Positions 13,401 to 28,400 are shown, counted from the whole stretch's first letter. The stretch: 61,858 nucleotides of DNA, filler included, from Nemertoderma westbladi (GCA_032718475.1; 3 parts of 3 records of this genome joined end to end with filler, not necessarily neighbours in it), one strand, 5' to 3'. Numbers and translations: made by a program. The notes: generated by a model from the sequence alone, not told the origin.

Positions 13401-16400
13401 AACGAAAGCCATGGTGACCTTACTGTCGTGTCATATAACTCTACAGGGTTTGGTCTAGATAAGAACGAGCATATTAAAACCCTACTGTTGGGTGCCAATA
13501 TTGTTTGTTTGCACTCTTATAAGATTTGTGATGCTTTTCCAAATTGTGAATTTATTTTTAAGCCCGCGTTGTATTTAAATGAGAATGTGGTACACTGTGG
13601 GAGACCCAGTGGGGGTTTGTGTATTATTTACAAAAGTAATATTGTCAAATATGTGTCTCCAATTGATACTGGTAGCAAGCGGGTACAGGCTATTAAACTA
13701 ATATTACCGAACGAGAGTATAATACTGATCAACTCGTATTTTCCCGTTGATTCGCAGTCCGCATTAATGGTATCTGATGAATTACTTGAGGTGCTTAACT
13801 ATGTGAAGGAATTAGTTCGGAATTCCAATACTAGTAATGTTATTATGTGTGGTGATCTAAATAGCGATTTTTCGTGCCAATCTCTACAGGTGCGAATGGT
13901 TAAAGATGTTATTTCAGAAATGTCATTAAATATTTTATGGGAAGAATTCCCGTACCTCATACATACTTGGTTTGTACTGATTCGGGTGCAGCTAATAAAT
14001 CAGTATTGGATCATTTTCTTGTTAGTGATACAATAGGTAATAACAGTTATGAATGTGATGTAGTAAATTCTGGTTGTAACCTATCTGGGCATTTTCCGGT
14101 GTATATAAAATTCCATACTAATGACTTAAATTTTGAAGTCACAGATACTAAATTTCCGAGGAAATTTCATTATAATAGAGCAACTGATACCCAGCAAAAG
14201 GAGTACGGTAGACTATTGAAGGAAAATCTGTCTAAAATTCAATTTCATTTACCTACGATAGAGTGTAATAATACAATGTGCGACTGTACAGAACATACTA
14301 TATTTTTAGAGAATTATGTTTATTAACTATAGATAATGCATCTCATGCATTACCTATGACGGGAGGTGAAGCATCTCGTGGTTCCACTGATGCTAATCGG
14401 GTGTTACCAGGTTGGATAGAACACGTTAAGCCGTACAAAGATGAAGCGGTTTTTTGGCACAGCGAGTGGGTGGCTGCCGGTAGACCTAATGGGAGTACTA
14501 ATAATTTATTTTATATACGTCAAAGTATAAGGCTTCAATATAAATATGCGATTCGTCGGTTGCAAAACTCGACGAATCGAATACAGCGTGACAAGCTGTT
14601 AAAGGCATCACTGAGTGGGAACACCGCGATTTTTGATGAAATACGAAAATTGCGGGGGAATGGTATGTTGTCAGTGATTCCATAGAAGGGGAGACAGATC
14701 CCCAAGCAATTGCAGAAAAGTTCGCTAATATTTATAATGAGTTATATAATCGGAGTGATACAGTTGATGTAGGGGGTATTACGTCTGAAATTAACGACAG
14801 GCTGCAGGATGGTAGTCGTTCATTTTGCTCCATTACCATAGAGTGTATTCATGATGCTTTGCAACATTTAAAGGTAGGCAAATCAGATGGTTCCTACTGT
14901 TTTGATTCCGGTGCACTTATTAATGGTGGTGTTAACTTTGAAACCCATCTGGCAATTCGTTTTAATGCATTTTTGGTACATGGGTTGTTTGTTATCTAAG
15001 TGTCTTTTAACGATTGCAATGGTGCCACTAGTTAAGAATAAATTAAGTAGTATAGCATGCACGAATAATTATAGAGCTATAGCTATTGCATCTCTAATTT
15101 TGAAAGTATTTGAATGGGTGCTGTTAATAACTCAGAAAGATAAACTTATTTTAGATGAACTTCAATTTGGCTTTCAGGCTAAGTCCAGCACTGTTATGTG
15201 TACTCGGACGGCCACTGAGGTAATTGGTTACTACAAACGCAATAACACTCCTGTTTTCGGTTGTTTGTTGGATTTCACCAAGGCCTTCGACCTAGTTAAT
15301 TGGAAGAAATTGTTTTTAGAACTACTAAAAAAAGGGTTTTGTGTTCTTTTTTTGCGGGGCTTATTACACATATATATTAATATATATGTTATATATATTA
15401 TATAACATATATGTTAATATATGCGATGGTATAATAATAATTCAGATACATTTTCAATATCGAACGGTGTTAACCAAGGGTCGGTGGTCTCACCGATATT
15501 ATTTTGTGTAGTTGTAAATATTCTAATAAATCGATAACGTATATCTTGTGTAGGGTGCTCTATTGGTAATATATATTTTGGTTGTCTAGCATACGCACAC
15601 GATGTGTTATTATTATGTTGGCGGTGGGTTAAAGGATTAAAGGATTTTTTTCACCCTAGTGTTAAAGGATTTTCCGAAGTAAATGATAATGATGACATGG
15701 ATATTTTACTGGCCGCCCCTTTCGATCCGATGCATATTTTAAGTCTTGGAAAATCTATTTTATAGTAACCTGCCAAGTAAAGATGCTTTTGTTTCAGAGA
15801 TCTTGTGACTTTTTCTTTTAAGTCACAAATAGAAAGCCAGCAAGCTGGCTTTAAACGAACCTCCCCTCAAACCAACCATCACCCTGCCCTGAGTGAGCGA
15901 ACATACAGTAAGCAGTAACAGTAAGCAAACATCAACTGTTAGTTTGTACCGTTAATGTACAACGCCAGCTGAATGGCTCTACCCAATGAATCCTATGGGA
16001 ATATCTGTAAGGTTACTCACTGCTATGTTAGGTGGGAGGTCAGATGATTGAATTTTAAACACTACTGGTCCGTTCAAATGTTTTATAGGTTAATAATAAT
16101 GCGGTCTTCTTATAACCAGATTGCTGGCCTTTCTAGTTGAATCATATTATTCTTCAATCAATAATTTACTCTTTAGACGACTTTTGCGTTTTTTTGCCGG
16201 ACTAACGAATTTTGGCGACGTTCTATGCGAGATTAGCGATTTTTGAAAAGAATCTGAGGCTAAAATATGATGCTAAAATGACTGGATATCCCAAATAATA
16301 GAGTTGGTGCATACACGACGAGTTGAAATCGGTGAAATTCAACTTTAAATTTTCAAAACCACTATTTTTCAGTGAACCCGTGATCAAAACGCCACAAAAA

Positions 16401-19400
16401 ATTTATGTCTTCTGTGCAACCAAAATTCATATAGTGTTTACAATTAAAAAATTTTCGCGTACCTGCTTGAGTTTTTGAGATATTGGTTGGTTATACATAC
16501 ACATATACACAACCACATCGTGTTTTTGAAAGGCCTAACTGTTGACAAGAACTACCCTGGCCTAATAATAGGCAGGTTCGTTATAACTAATGAATTAACT
16601 TATCCTTGAATTGTTGGACAAGTTTGCATACTAAAAAGCTTTGACCAAAGGCCGCTGGCTTTCTTGTTTAATTTATATAAATTTACAATAATTTTTTCAA
16701 TGTATTTGTTTTGTTATTTATTTAGCTGATGGTCATTATGGTGACTTCGCTGAAACTGCCACTTGTGACGTCACAGATTTCTGTAGCAATGCTGATTCTA
16801 TTGACCAATTCGGTGTATCAACCTTTACACGCTTGTGTAATCTACCAATCCCATCATCGGGTTCAACTGGTTGCCAGGATGTGTCTAACATTAATCGGCA
16901 GTGTAGTGTTTATCGCCGACTATCTGGAGATACTTCTTGCCTACCAACAAGTGTCTCATTAGGTTTAGTAGCCTCACTGAGCAACCCGGTAACCATGGGA
17001 GGCAGCCTATCACTGGAATGCACTGTACCGTCCAGTATTCCAGACGTAATATATCCTTACGAATTCAACTGGTATCTCGATAATAGCATTCTCAACGATG
17101 GAGTGGATGGATACCTAGTACGTATTGGAATTATTATTTACGCTTTGTTAAATTGTAATGCAATTTCTTACAAAATCCGACTGTCTGTTATGAGAACTAT
17201 TCCGAGATTTGTGTTTTATTATTTCTATGAACTGATCGCATCATGGGAATCATCCTAACAAGAGTTATAACATAAGGTCGCCTGCCACCTGTAATTTTTT
17301 TTGTTTTTTCCTACTGCCTTTTTTAGTATCTTTCACAAATCTTAGATTTGTGTAGAAGCTGGGTTCATTGTGTCAAGTAAAATGAACGAGACACATCTCC
17401 AACCAGACTCTATACAACATTAGAGGTGTTTCATTAGTCTCCCCTAGCTTGACACTTGATTTCTTTCGCCGTTAGCCAGCCAGAGTATAATCGTATGCTT
17501 TGGCGAGTATGAGTAAATAAGCTTGTGGACAGCCCATGACTTTCTTGAACAACCTCTTAAAGACACTGACATTGAAGATGCGGATAAGCTAGAAAATGCC
17601 ATGGGTGATAGAGATTTGTGGCGGCGCAATTTTATCGACAAGCAGGCACAGCTTTCTTAATATATATGCAATATATAATGGTAGTAGTAGTAGTACTTCG
17701 AGTTCAATCAACGCACAGATATTAATGTGACAAGGGGGTTATTAAATGCCACAATCGGGAAACAATAATTCAAGGTGGGGGGGGGGGGCTCAATTATCAT
17801 TGGAAGAAATTGTTGGGAAACAATTGACCTTCATCAATCAATTAATTAAGGTTTTTAATTAGCACCAAAATTCCCACCTGTTATAAAACAAACAGACAAA
17901 TTAAACAAACAAACACAAACCAAAAAAATTTCAGAAACTATCACCTATATATATAATTTAGGTGAGATAGCCAGGTGGTATCCCGTACTAGACCACCTGA
18001 AAATAACAAAATAGCAACTAACTTATAGTTTATATATAATTGGTGAGTAATTTGTTTAAAAATGTGAGAACTATATATTATACTATATAGGTTTAAATGA
18101 GTTAGAATGGGCTATATTCCGGTTTAAATAGTTAAAAAATTCAAAATTTACATGGCAATATAATTATGATCATTAAACATTAAATTATTAAAAGTAATTA
18201 AAAACAAATAAATAAGTAAACCAGATTAAACCAGAGTAAACGTTTTTAATATCTGGTTTACTTATTTATTTGTTTTTAATTACTTTTAATAATTTAATGT
18301 TTAATGATCATAATTATATTGCCATGTAAATTTTGAATTTTTTAACAATTATACTATATATATATATTATTACTATGCAATGAAACTGCAAAGTGTTCGG
18401 TTATATTATATATTATAAAATATAATTAATATTGTTAATTGGAAATATATTGGAATACAGATTTTCAACAAAAACATTACCACATATACCATATACTATA
18501 ATACTACTAAGATCATTCTAGATACTTATAGTAAATTTTCATTAATATAACCTTATTTGGTCTATGATTATTACATTTTTACATTGTTACAGGTGAAATT
18601 AACAGATAACCAACCAATGGAATATAATTAATTGTTCATCCCAGTTACAACTGTAATCTGTTTACAGATAACCAACGGAGGATCATTATCCATCTCAGTT
18701 ACAGCTGTCAGCCACAGTGGTCAATATAAATGCGAGTTAGAGACTTACGGATATGGAGCAAGTGGAGAAACAGAGCTAACAGTTCTCGTTGTTGGTAAGT
18801 GGAGAAATATAACTAATAGTTATCGTTCTAGGTAAGTGGGGGAAACGGAAGTAACAGTTATCGTTATTGATAAGTGGAGAAACAGATCTAACAGTTCTCG
18901 TTTTTGGTAAGTGGAGAAATATAACTAACAGTTCACGATATTGGTAAGTGGAGAAACATAACTAATAGTTCTCTTTTTTGGTAAGTGGAGAAACAGAACT
19001 AACAGTTCTCGTTATTGGTAAGTGGAGAAACAGAACTAACAGTTCTCGTTATTGGTAAGTGGAGAACCAGAACTAATAGTTATATTTTTTGGTAAGTGGA
19101 GAAACAGAACTAATAGTTCTTGCTGTTGGTAAGTGGAGAAACAGAACTAACAGTTCTCGTTATTGGTAAGTGAAGAAACAGAGCTAACAGTTATTGTTAT
19201 TGTTATTGGTAAGTGGAGAAACAGATTTAACAGTTCTCGTTATTGGTAAGTGGGGAAACAGAACTAATAGTTCTCTTTTTTGGTAAGTGGGTAAACAGAA
19301 CTAACAGTTCTTGTTGTTGATAAAAGGACAAACGTATCCAATTATTATCATTTCAACATATTAATATATCATTATAACACATTATATGCATCATAGAGTG

Positions 19401-22400
19401 TGATGATAACCCGGAGTAACCATGCTACATTTATTTATTTTCCTTTACAGACCCTTGCGCTGGTGCAACCTGCGGCATAGATGCTTCTTGTACTGATGGC
19501 AACTGCAACTGCGACAATCCTGCTCATAGTATGGACGGTAATGGCGACTGCGCTATCGATCTATGTTTTGGTGTAGTATGCGGACTAGCAGCAACTTGTA
19601 ACCAAGATACTGGTGATTGTGAATGCGATGATGAAACACATTTCATGAGAGATGGAGATTGTATGTCCGGTAAGTTTTCTACTCTACTCGGCCCTTAAAT
19701 GCCAAAACCGCCTATCTCATTTTTACATAGTTTTGAGAAAAACGCGAAATCCTGTGAAATGATGTCATTAGGTAAGTTATAGTCGTATAATTCTTTGAAC
19801 AGCATATTTTTAACTGAAACTCCTATCTACATAGTGTAATGTGAGATAGAGCGTATTTGCTTTTATATCTTCAGAGACATTTGTATGCCAAAACCGTCTA
19901 TCTCAGAGTTAGTGTGTTTTGGCATGTATAAATTTATTGTTTAACCTGAAGTTCTAGGCATTCTTACATGCCAAAACAGACTATCTCAGATATAAACCCT
20001 ATCTGGCCCGGCTTTTTTAATACGTACTTGGTTAGAAAACAAAAATATGTTGGCTTGGTTTGATAATTTCGAAGGTATATGGGTTTTCGACCATGGGTTC
20101 TCTGATCACGATGAAACTTGTTAATAATATTTCTCATACGTCAAACGTCCTTTTTGGGGCCATTCTGATACCCCCGGATGAAAAGTAGAAGTAGCAAAAA
20201 TTTCATACGGTTAAATTTTGCCTTTGTTTGGGTAATAATGGTTTTCAAGGTCGCTGATCATGATACAACTACTCGTTAAAAATAATCTTTAGTGGTAATG
20301 TAACTTTCGTTTTTAGTGCTTCTCTGGTGGGACGAAAAATGCAACTGTAGCATAAAACTTACAAATGCCAAAAAATGAATTTAGTTAGATAATATGATAT
20401 TTTTTAGTCTCATATTCGTGATCAGCTTCTCAGAAAACCCCTAATGTCATGAAAACGTTGATTTAGTAATGATTTTTTATTAACAAATTTGTTCTACATT
20501 TAAATTTTTCGTGCCACACATTGACACATTTCTAAAAATGCCATAATCAACAAGGTACGATATATTTCAGTGTCATATTCGTGATCAGTACTCCAAAAAA
20601 AATCAAAAATTTCAATCAAGGTCATAAAATTGGCTTGATTTCTTTCATGCTGATTTTTCATTATATCATGTCATTTACTCATAATCATTACTTGTTTTTT
20701 CGTGCCCCAGGGGGCACATTCAAAATTACAAAAAAATTTCTCGAATTATTTGAGTTCTACAATCGTCATCAACATCCAAAAAATGCGATATACCGCAAAT
20801 AAATGTATTTTAGTTAGTCATAAAATCGTTTGAAAATTTTAGCACGAAAAATACTGGAGATGGGTGTCAGAAAGTTACCATGGCACGAAAACTAACATAC
20901 TGTAGCTATATACTGTAAATTGCGTTTGCGATGTTGGATAGCGCATTAAATTTTAGGAAACTAGTAAAACTAGGTACCGGTACTAGTAAAAGCATAATTC
21001 TAGGCAATGCGGCAAGTTTAGTGTCATTTTATTGTATTGTAGATCATAGAGATAGACTGTTTGGGCAAATACAAATGAATAATTATTAGATATTGAAACC
21101 AATGGAATACACGTTCGTGGGGCCTTCGCGCAGCACGAGGCCCAGTTATGAGATACAAATTAAAATTGAGCGACTGTATCACAAAATCAGGTTTTGAGAA
21201 ATTTACCCACACCACCAATCAATCCAAGAAAGGGGGACAGTACGTGTTCACCCCTTTTAATCTGCACCCCCCCCCCCCCCCCCCCCTTCCCACCCACCAA
21301 TACATAACCGCGACATCTACCACCCACGGAAGGGTAGAACGAACTTATTTCCAATCGCACGTTCAATATGCAAAGCCAGGTGGTGTATAGGAATATAATC
21401 AACGCCGTACTCGTCTTAATTATTATAAGCGTCGTTGCGCTCGTCCTGTTTTGTATTTAAATATATTTCCTAAACGCAGACTGGCAATCTTTATAACTAT
21501 GGATACGTGCTATATGCGAAACCAGGAATGGTTTATAGGAATATAATCAATGCAGAACGCAGTACTAAATTCAGTCGATGCAGTAATGATATTCAAATAA
21601 TTAATTTAATACCAGTACCCTCTGTTAATGCCTCAGTGTAAAAACTTAGACAATTCAACTACAAAGAAATCCCATCAAAAAATAATAAGCCCAATATTTA
21701 TGAGGAAAAAACAAGTATGGATATAAATAAGTCTTCTGCAGTGGTAAAATGTTATTGACTGACATTTATTAAACGAGATCTGTCTAACACGGCAATAACA
21801 CAATAATAGACTGAATAGTAGGGAATTCAGATTTCCATCTCGTTAGCTAGCTATGGCCAATCTGTCTACCGGCCTGTACACATGTGGTTACTTACATTCG
21901 CATTCCCATTGAAGAGCAACTGGCTGTTCTACACACACCAAACATCCTTCCCATCCATCCTATGTACCAGCACCGAGCCAACTTGGATGTTAACCAATAA
22001 ATGAGCAGTATTTAATGAGAATCAATTTTTTGTACCGTTTTAATTACTTTAGATCAATTAAAGACACAATTATTAAAGCAAATCACTTGAACTAATTAAA
22101 AACTATAATAGAATGGAGTATGTGGATTACATCTGTATAATTTTTAAGTATAATTATTTAAATCTTATACTGTAAAACAATTAATTTCCTTTAAAAGGCA
22201 GGTTGAAAATGGTGTTTTCACCGTAATCAACTTAATTAACTAATTAACTGCTATTATCTTAGCTTCTCGAAGGCCACACGGAAATTCTACTTGGAAAATT
22301 TCTAAACTTTTGCCAAACAACATGTGTACCAAGTTTGGATAGATTTCATCAAAGATTGGCCGAGTTATTAACGTTTAAAATTGAACACGACAGAACGACA

Positions 22401-25400
22401 CGTTCGTGGGGCCTTCGCGCAGCACGAGGCCCAGTTATGAGATACAAATTAAAAGTGTGCGACTGTATCAGAAAATCAGGTTATGAGAGATTAACCCACA
22501 CCACCAATTAATCAAAGAAAGGGGGACAGTACGTGTTCACCCCTTTTAATCTGCACCCCCCCCCCCCCCTCCCCCCACCCACCAATACATAACCGCGACA
22601 TCTACCACCCACGGAAGGGTAGCACGAACTTATTTCCAAACGCACGTTCAATATGCAAAGCCAGGTGGTTTATAGGAATATAATCAATGCAGTACTCGTC
22701 TTCATTATAAGCCTCTTTGCGTTCGACCTGTTTTGTATTAAAATATATTTATTAAACGCAGGCTGACGCTCTTTATAATAATAATACCTAGGGATGCCAG
22801 CTTCCAGACTTTCAATCTTTACTGCCGCGCAAACCCCGCAGAGGAAGTTTTGGTTTGAGAGATCAAGCCCATCGGCAATTGGTGTTTCAATTTCGGTCCA
22901 GGAACTCTGACAATGGGAGCATTCAATCTTAGCTGTTGTCCATTCCCATGGTTTCGGCTTCCTTTTCTTCGTCCCAATGACAGATTCTTCTGAAGACGTT
23001 CGATTCGCTTTCAGTTTATTGTTGGCGTTTGTGTTTTGAAGTTGTATTCGAGTGGACAGTCGCGCCGGTTTCGAGGTAACCATACTGACCTGTGATAAGC
23101 GTTGGTTTTGTTGAGTGCCGGTATTCATCTTCTCTCACCTCTTCAATGTCAGATGTTGCAAATACTGATAACACGAATAACAGTATATATTTCAATACTT
23201 GTCAATAGTAATATATATAATTTAGATAACTATTTTATATCTGTACTGTTGAGCAAACTCTACATAAATTCCAACCTGTGTATCGCCGGTAGTGCTGTTG
23301 CTGTGCAAGTGCTAGTTGCCACCGGTCAGCCGGTACCGGTAGTAGGGTGGTACCATGGCCTACTACACACAGGCCATGACAAGGACTTTGCTGTGAAATT
23401 AGCGTAGGCTGACTGCTGAATTATCAAATATTATATTTTCCACGAATGCAGGGTCCATATTTAAAAGAAGATGACTAGATTTTCGTAAGTAATTTAATTG
23501 AAACAGTATTTAATAATTAATTAATTATCGCTAGAGTTCCTGCAGCTTTTATTTGTTTGTGGCTGCCTCTGGCTATGTTTGTGGCAGGAATGTTTGAACG
23601 CTTATAAGTCAGTCAATCAAGGATGAAATGGAACCAAACTTGGTACACATGTAGTCTATAAAAATTTTGAAATTCTACACACAGACAGACTTCTACAGTT
23701 CCCCTGTCTGCCGCTAGGGGGCGAATTAACAGAAACGTAAAAATAGCTGTAATTATAGAACCAACGATCAGATTCATCTGAAATTTAGTAGTAGTTACCT
23801 AAGAGCATTGCTTAATTAGAAATTCTACAGAGACTTTTACAGTTCCTGTCTGCCGCTAGTGGGGAATTGTTAGAGCTCCAGTTCAACGTGCTTAGCACGG
23901 TTTAATAAACAATAAATTAATTATTTTATTCAATACAGTAATTATAACAGTAAAATGCAATATATTCTATTTTTTAGTAAAATCAAGAGACAGGAGGGGG
24001 GTGGGACTGGACGCAAATCCCATCTTGGCGAATTAATATCCCGCCTCAATATTAATTTCTCAATTTTGGGAAAGGAGCAGGTTACAGTGGCACGTTATTT
24101 TAACCAAAACAATAAAGTAAACACAATAGAACAGGTTACAGTTTTATTTTTGAGAGTAATCAGCTGTTGTTATTTGCGTCCAATTTCCCCTGGAGAGGGA
24201 TAAATTTTTATTGCGTCCAGTCCCCCCCCCCCCCCCCCCCCTATCTTGAAATCAAATACCAAAAATATATTTATTATATGAACAATCTATTTGGAAATTG
24301 TAAGTTCGGCCTATCTCTTTACCATAAGCTCAGTATCTTTATCTGGTGTGTTTTTATTATTTTACCAATTATTTAATACGTTTGATAGAATTGAACAACA
24401 CCGCCCAACACAACCAACTCTCTATCCGCCTCGAGCTGTCGAGCATCGAGAATACGAGAAACTCGATCGAAATACCTGCTTATCCCAGTAGTATCCGTCC
24501 GTAGTCACCGGACCGCTGCGGTTTACTCCCGTAGAACAGTAGAATTCCCGCAGCTTTCGACCCAATTCGACAACGAATTCGCTTCACACTTTCACGTCGC
24601 AGAGAACGTAATCCAGTGCGATACAAGTATGCCCGACGTTCAACCATTTCCCCCAGGCGATACCAGGATCCGGGCCGCCGCTAAACCCAGATCGCAATCC
24701 TCGTCGATTCGTCCAGTCGTCGACGTAAGTAAGTAAGTGGGACTCTTCCCACCGCACTCCAAGGTGGGTGACCGGAGTGAGGCATGAGGAACTTGGCAGT
24801 GGCCTGCATTACGATCTGACCGACCGCCGTATTCCCAGTGTCTGAGTGTAGTAAATACCCAAATAGAATCGTACTGACAAACAAGCAATTCCATAGCACT
24901 GCGTAGTATTCCCCCGTTAATCACCTCTTGAAGCAACTCGGCTGCTCGGGTCCAGATACATCGGACTGTCGGGAGCGTTTCAGACAGGAATGGAGCGGCA
25001 TTTGCGAATATTTCCAATGGTTTTATAATAAATAAGGGGATTAAATGCTAAAACAAATGGAGTATTCCTAACCCCACCCCAATACAGCAGTATACCTAAC
25101 AGTATATAGCTTGTACCACAGTACCATAATCTGATAATCAGCACAGTCAGCCTACGCTAATTTTACAGCAAAGTCCTTGTCATGGCCTGTGTGTAGTACT
25201 GTAGTAGGCCATGGGTGGTACCTACGGTGCGCACTACAACGACAGTACAGCAATACGGTGTACCGTGCCAATGCAGCAATGACTGAATGATTAGCGGTAA
25301 CTATTTAAACTATTATATTATTATTACCGGTGCCGGTACTGGGCTAATTAGGCCTAAACTTTAATCACCGCAAGGGTTGCCGGGGTTAATTAGATTACAT

Positions 25401-28400
25401 GATATGGCATGTCTGCAGTGTATGGTACCGGCTGACCAGTATTGCAGTATTGACTGATTGCAGGATTCTCGATTCAGGGATTGAGTACAGCCTGACAGTA
25501 CCGGTACACATGGTACATGCAGACAACCCCAATGTATTGCAAAATTTGTCAGAAAACCCAGCTGATTTATCCTACAGTAATAATAATTTAACGCATTTTA
25601 AATTTGGATAAATAAATTTATTATAACTACAATAACAGTTACACTGATGCTGCACGAAGACCCCACGCAAATTCTACTTGGAAAATTTTCAAACTTTTGC
25701 CAAACAACATGTGTACCAAGTTTGGATAGATTTCATCAAGGATTGGCCGAGTTATTAACGTTTAAAATAAAATACTGAAAAAAAACGCGACAGAACGACA
25801 GGTTGATTAATGGTACCCCTATGCTAAGGCTCACTCACTTCGTGGCTCGCCCCACAGAACGACACGTTCGTGGGGCCTTCGCGCAGCACGAGGCCCAGTT
25901 ATGAGATACAAATTAAAATTGAGCGACTGTATCACAAAATCAGTATTTGAGAAATTTAACCACACCGCCAATCAATCAAAGAAAGGGGGACAGTACGTGT
26001 TCAGCCCTTTTAATCTGCCCCCCCCCCCCCCCCTTCCCACCAACCAATACATAACCGCGACATCTACCACCCACGGGCTGACGGGGCGGAAGGGTAGCAC
26101 AAACTTATTTCCAATCGCACATTCAATATGCGAAGCCATGTGGTTTATAGGAATATAATAAACGCAGTACTCCGTCTTCATTATAAGCCTCGTTGAGTTC
26201 GTCCTGTTTTGTATTTAAATATATTTCTTAAACGCAGGCTGACGATATTTATAATAATAATAACAAGGGATGCGTTCAATATGTGAAGCCATGTGGTTTA
26301 TATAATAATAATAGTCAACGCAATACTCGTCTTCATTATAAGTCTCGTTGTGCTCGTCCTGTTTTGTATTTAAATATCTTTCCTAAACGAAGACTGACGA
26401 TCTTTCTAATGCGTTCAATAGGCGAAGCCAGGTATGGTTTTGGTTTATAGGAATATAGTCTACGCAGCACTCATTCCTCATGAGCCCGAGTTATAGTGTG
26501 GCAATGTAGATGCAGTAGTTGCACCCGACCAGCCGGAAACTCGGAGCAATAGGCCTACTGCTTGTACAATGCGTGTCAATTTCAACACCGCCGGGCACTG
26601 GGTGATGGCAGAGTGAGATTAAAAAACCGGATTATTTCATCCTTGGTTACGGTTAGTCCAGTTTGCCCGTAGCGGCAGCGATACCGAAAGTCGAGGTCAA
26701 CAGACAGAGGCGGCCTTGGTGGTGAGTTGTTTGATTTCAATTCCAACACTTTTCTGGGCAGCTGGGTAGACTCTGGTAGTGGGTACCTGATCTTAGAATG
26801 CCGGTCAGCTGGTTAGTCCGCATAACTTCCATTGTTGCAGTTGCCGAGTCGATGGATGGTTGGTAGGGGTAGGCCTATTGCTATTGTTGTATTGGCAGAT
26901 TGGTATGTACATCTACATCTGATTATACCAGTTGCCGGTGCCGTCGGTCGTACCAATTACCAATACATAGTCTTTAATTAATATATTTAACCGTTAACAA
27001 GAGTAGAAACCGCAAACGAAGAAATTCATTTTCTGCCGTAGTTCAGTACCGGTTGCCGGTACCGTACCGGTAGTTCTGTAGTTGGCAGTTGCTACCAGTC
27101 CGGTTCTACAGTCTGACACTGACAGTAGTAGGGCGGTACGGCGCCAACGGACCCTCTAATCTAATTCAGGACCGCAGTCCAGCACTCCGGATTCCGCACT
27201 GCAGTGCATAGCATGGCAGCATGGCTAATTAGGGCCTACAGAATTAGGCCTGTCCTGTAGGCCTACCAGTATACAGGTATACGTGATCTATAATCACTGC
27301 ACCGGTACCGCGGTACCAGTCAGCCAGTACCGTAAAACACCGAATACAGTATGGTATTGCAGTATTGCTGTATTGTCTGATTGCAGGATTCCTAATTCAG
27401 GGATTGACATTGAGTATTGTACCGGTACAGGCAGACAGGCCACAATGGTATTACTGCAGTACTGTAATTTCGTAATTTGCTAGAAACCCAGCTGATTTAG
27501 TCTCCTAGCAACCTGCTGATGTCAAGCGTTATAATTTTGGATAAATAAATTTATTATAACTGTAAGACAGTTACACTGGTGCTGCACGAAGGCCCCAAGC
27601 AAATTCAACTTGGAAAATTTCTAAACTTTTGACAGACTATTTGTGTACCAAGTTTGGTTACATTTCATCGAGGATTGATCGAGTTATTAACGTTCAAAAT
27701 TGAACACCGCAAAAAAATACCGTAATCAACTTAATTAACTAATTAACTGCTATTATCTTAGCTTCTCGAAGGCCACACGGAAATTCTACTTGGAAAATTT
27801 CTAAACTTTTGCCAAACAACATGTGTACCAAGTTTGGATAGATTTCATCGAAGATTGGCCGAGTTATTAACGTTTAAAATTGAACACGACAGAACGACAG
27901 GTTGATTAATGGTACCACTACGCTAAGGCTCACTCACTTCGTGGCTCGCCCCACAGGTTGATTAATGGTACCACTACGCTAAGGCTCACTCACTTCGTGG
28001 CTCGCCCCACAAGTAGATTATATAGAATATAAAAGAATACACAGATAGGCGGTTTCGGCATAAAGGAAACAATAAAACCAAACTTAATGTTTAATCCAAA
28101 TCGATCTAAGCAAAGATAGATGGATTTGGGATTTACTATTATTGACAGATGTTGAGATAGACGGTTTTGGCAAAAATATAGCTCCTTAGGACTTCATAAT
28201 TGCGTCTTAATAACTTGGCTAGAAAGATGCGCATCGTTTTTCTGATTCCAAATATAAGCATGTGTCATTTTTCAATAAAATTGAGTTAGACGGATTTGGC
28301 ATGTAAGGGCCGTACTGGCCAACCAGCACACAGTCCTTCGAATTCATATGTACTACCCCAATGAGGCCATTAATTAAACATCATTGGTTTTGAATATTTC

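Larger units (their letters stand above)
21105..28011. mobile_element. Head-to-tail trimer of a Helentron/HINE-like non-autonomous element with captured interiors
   Basis: End A (acacgttcgtggggccttcgcgcagcacgaggcccag) at about 21109, 22398, 25862. End B (...gtaccaagtttggatagatttcatc...gctcgccccaca) at about 22040-22397 (truncated), 25600-25855, 27520-28011. gtggggc/gccccac act as subterminal inverted repeats. Confidence 0.6.
19689..28312. mobile_element. Non-autonomous TIR transposon with 4-bp TSD (Sola-like?), expanded by nested elements
   Basis: TIR cggcccttaaatgccaaaaccgcctatctca versus tgagttagacggatttggcatgtaagggccg; TSD tact (19685-19688 and 28313-28316); subterminal gccaaaaccgtctatctca repeats at both ends. 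Confidence 0.8.

Noticed and set aside
21148-21390. Repeated MRYKLKLSDC poly-Pro ORFs (also 25901-26158)
   Set aside because: Non-coding repeat end; poly-C length varies and shifts frame between copies.
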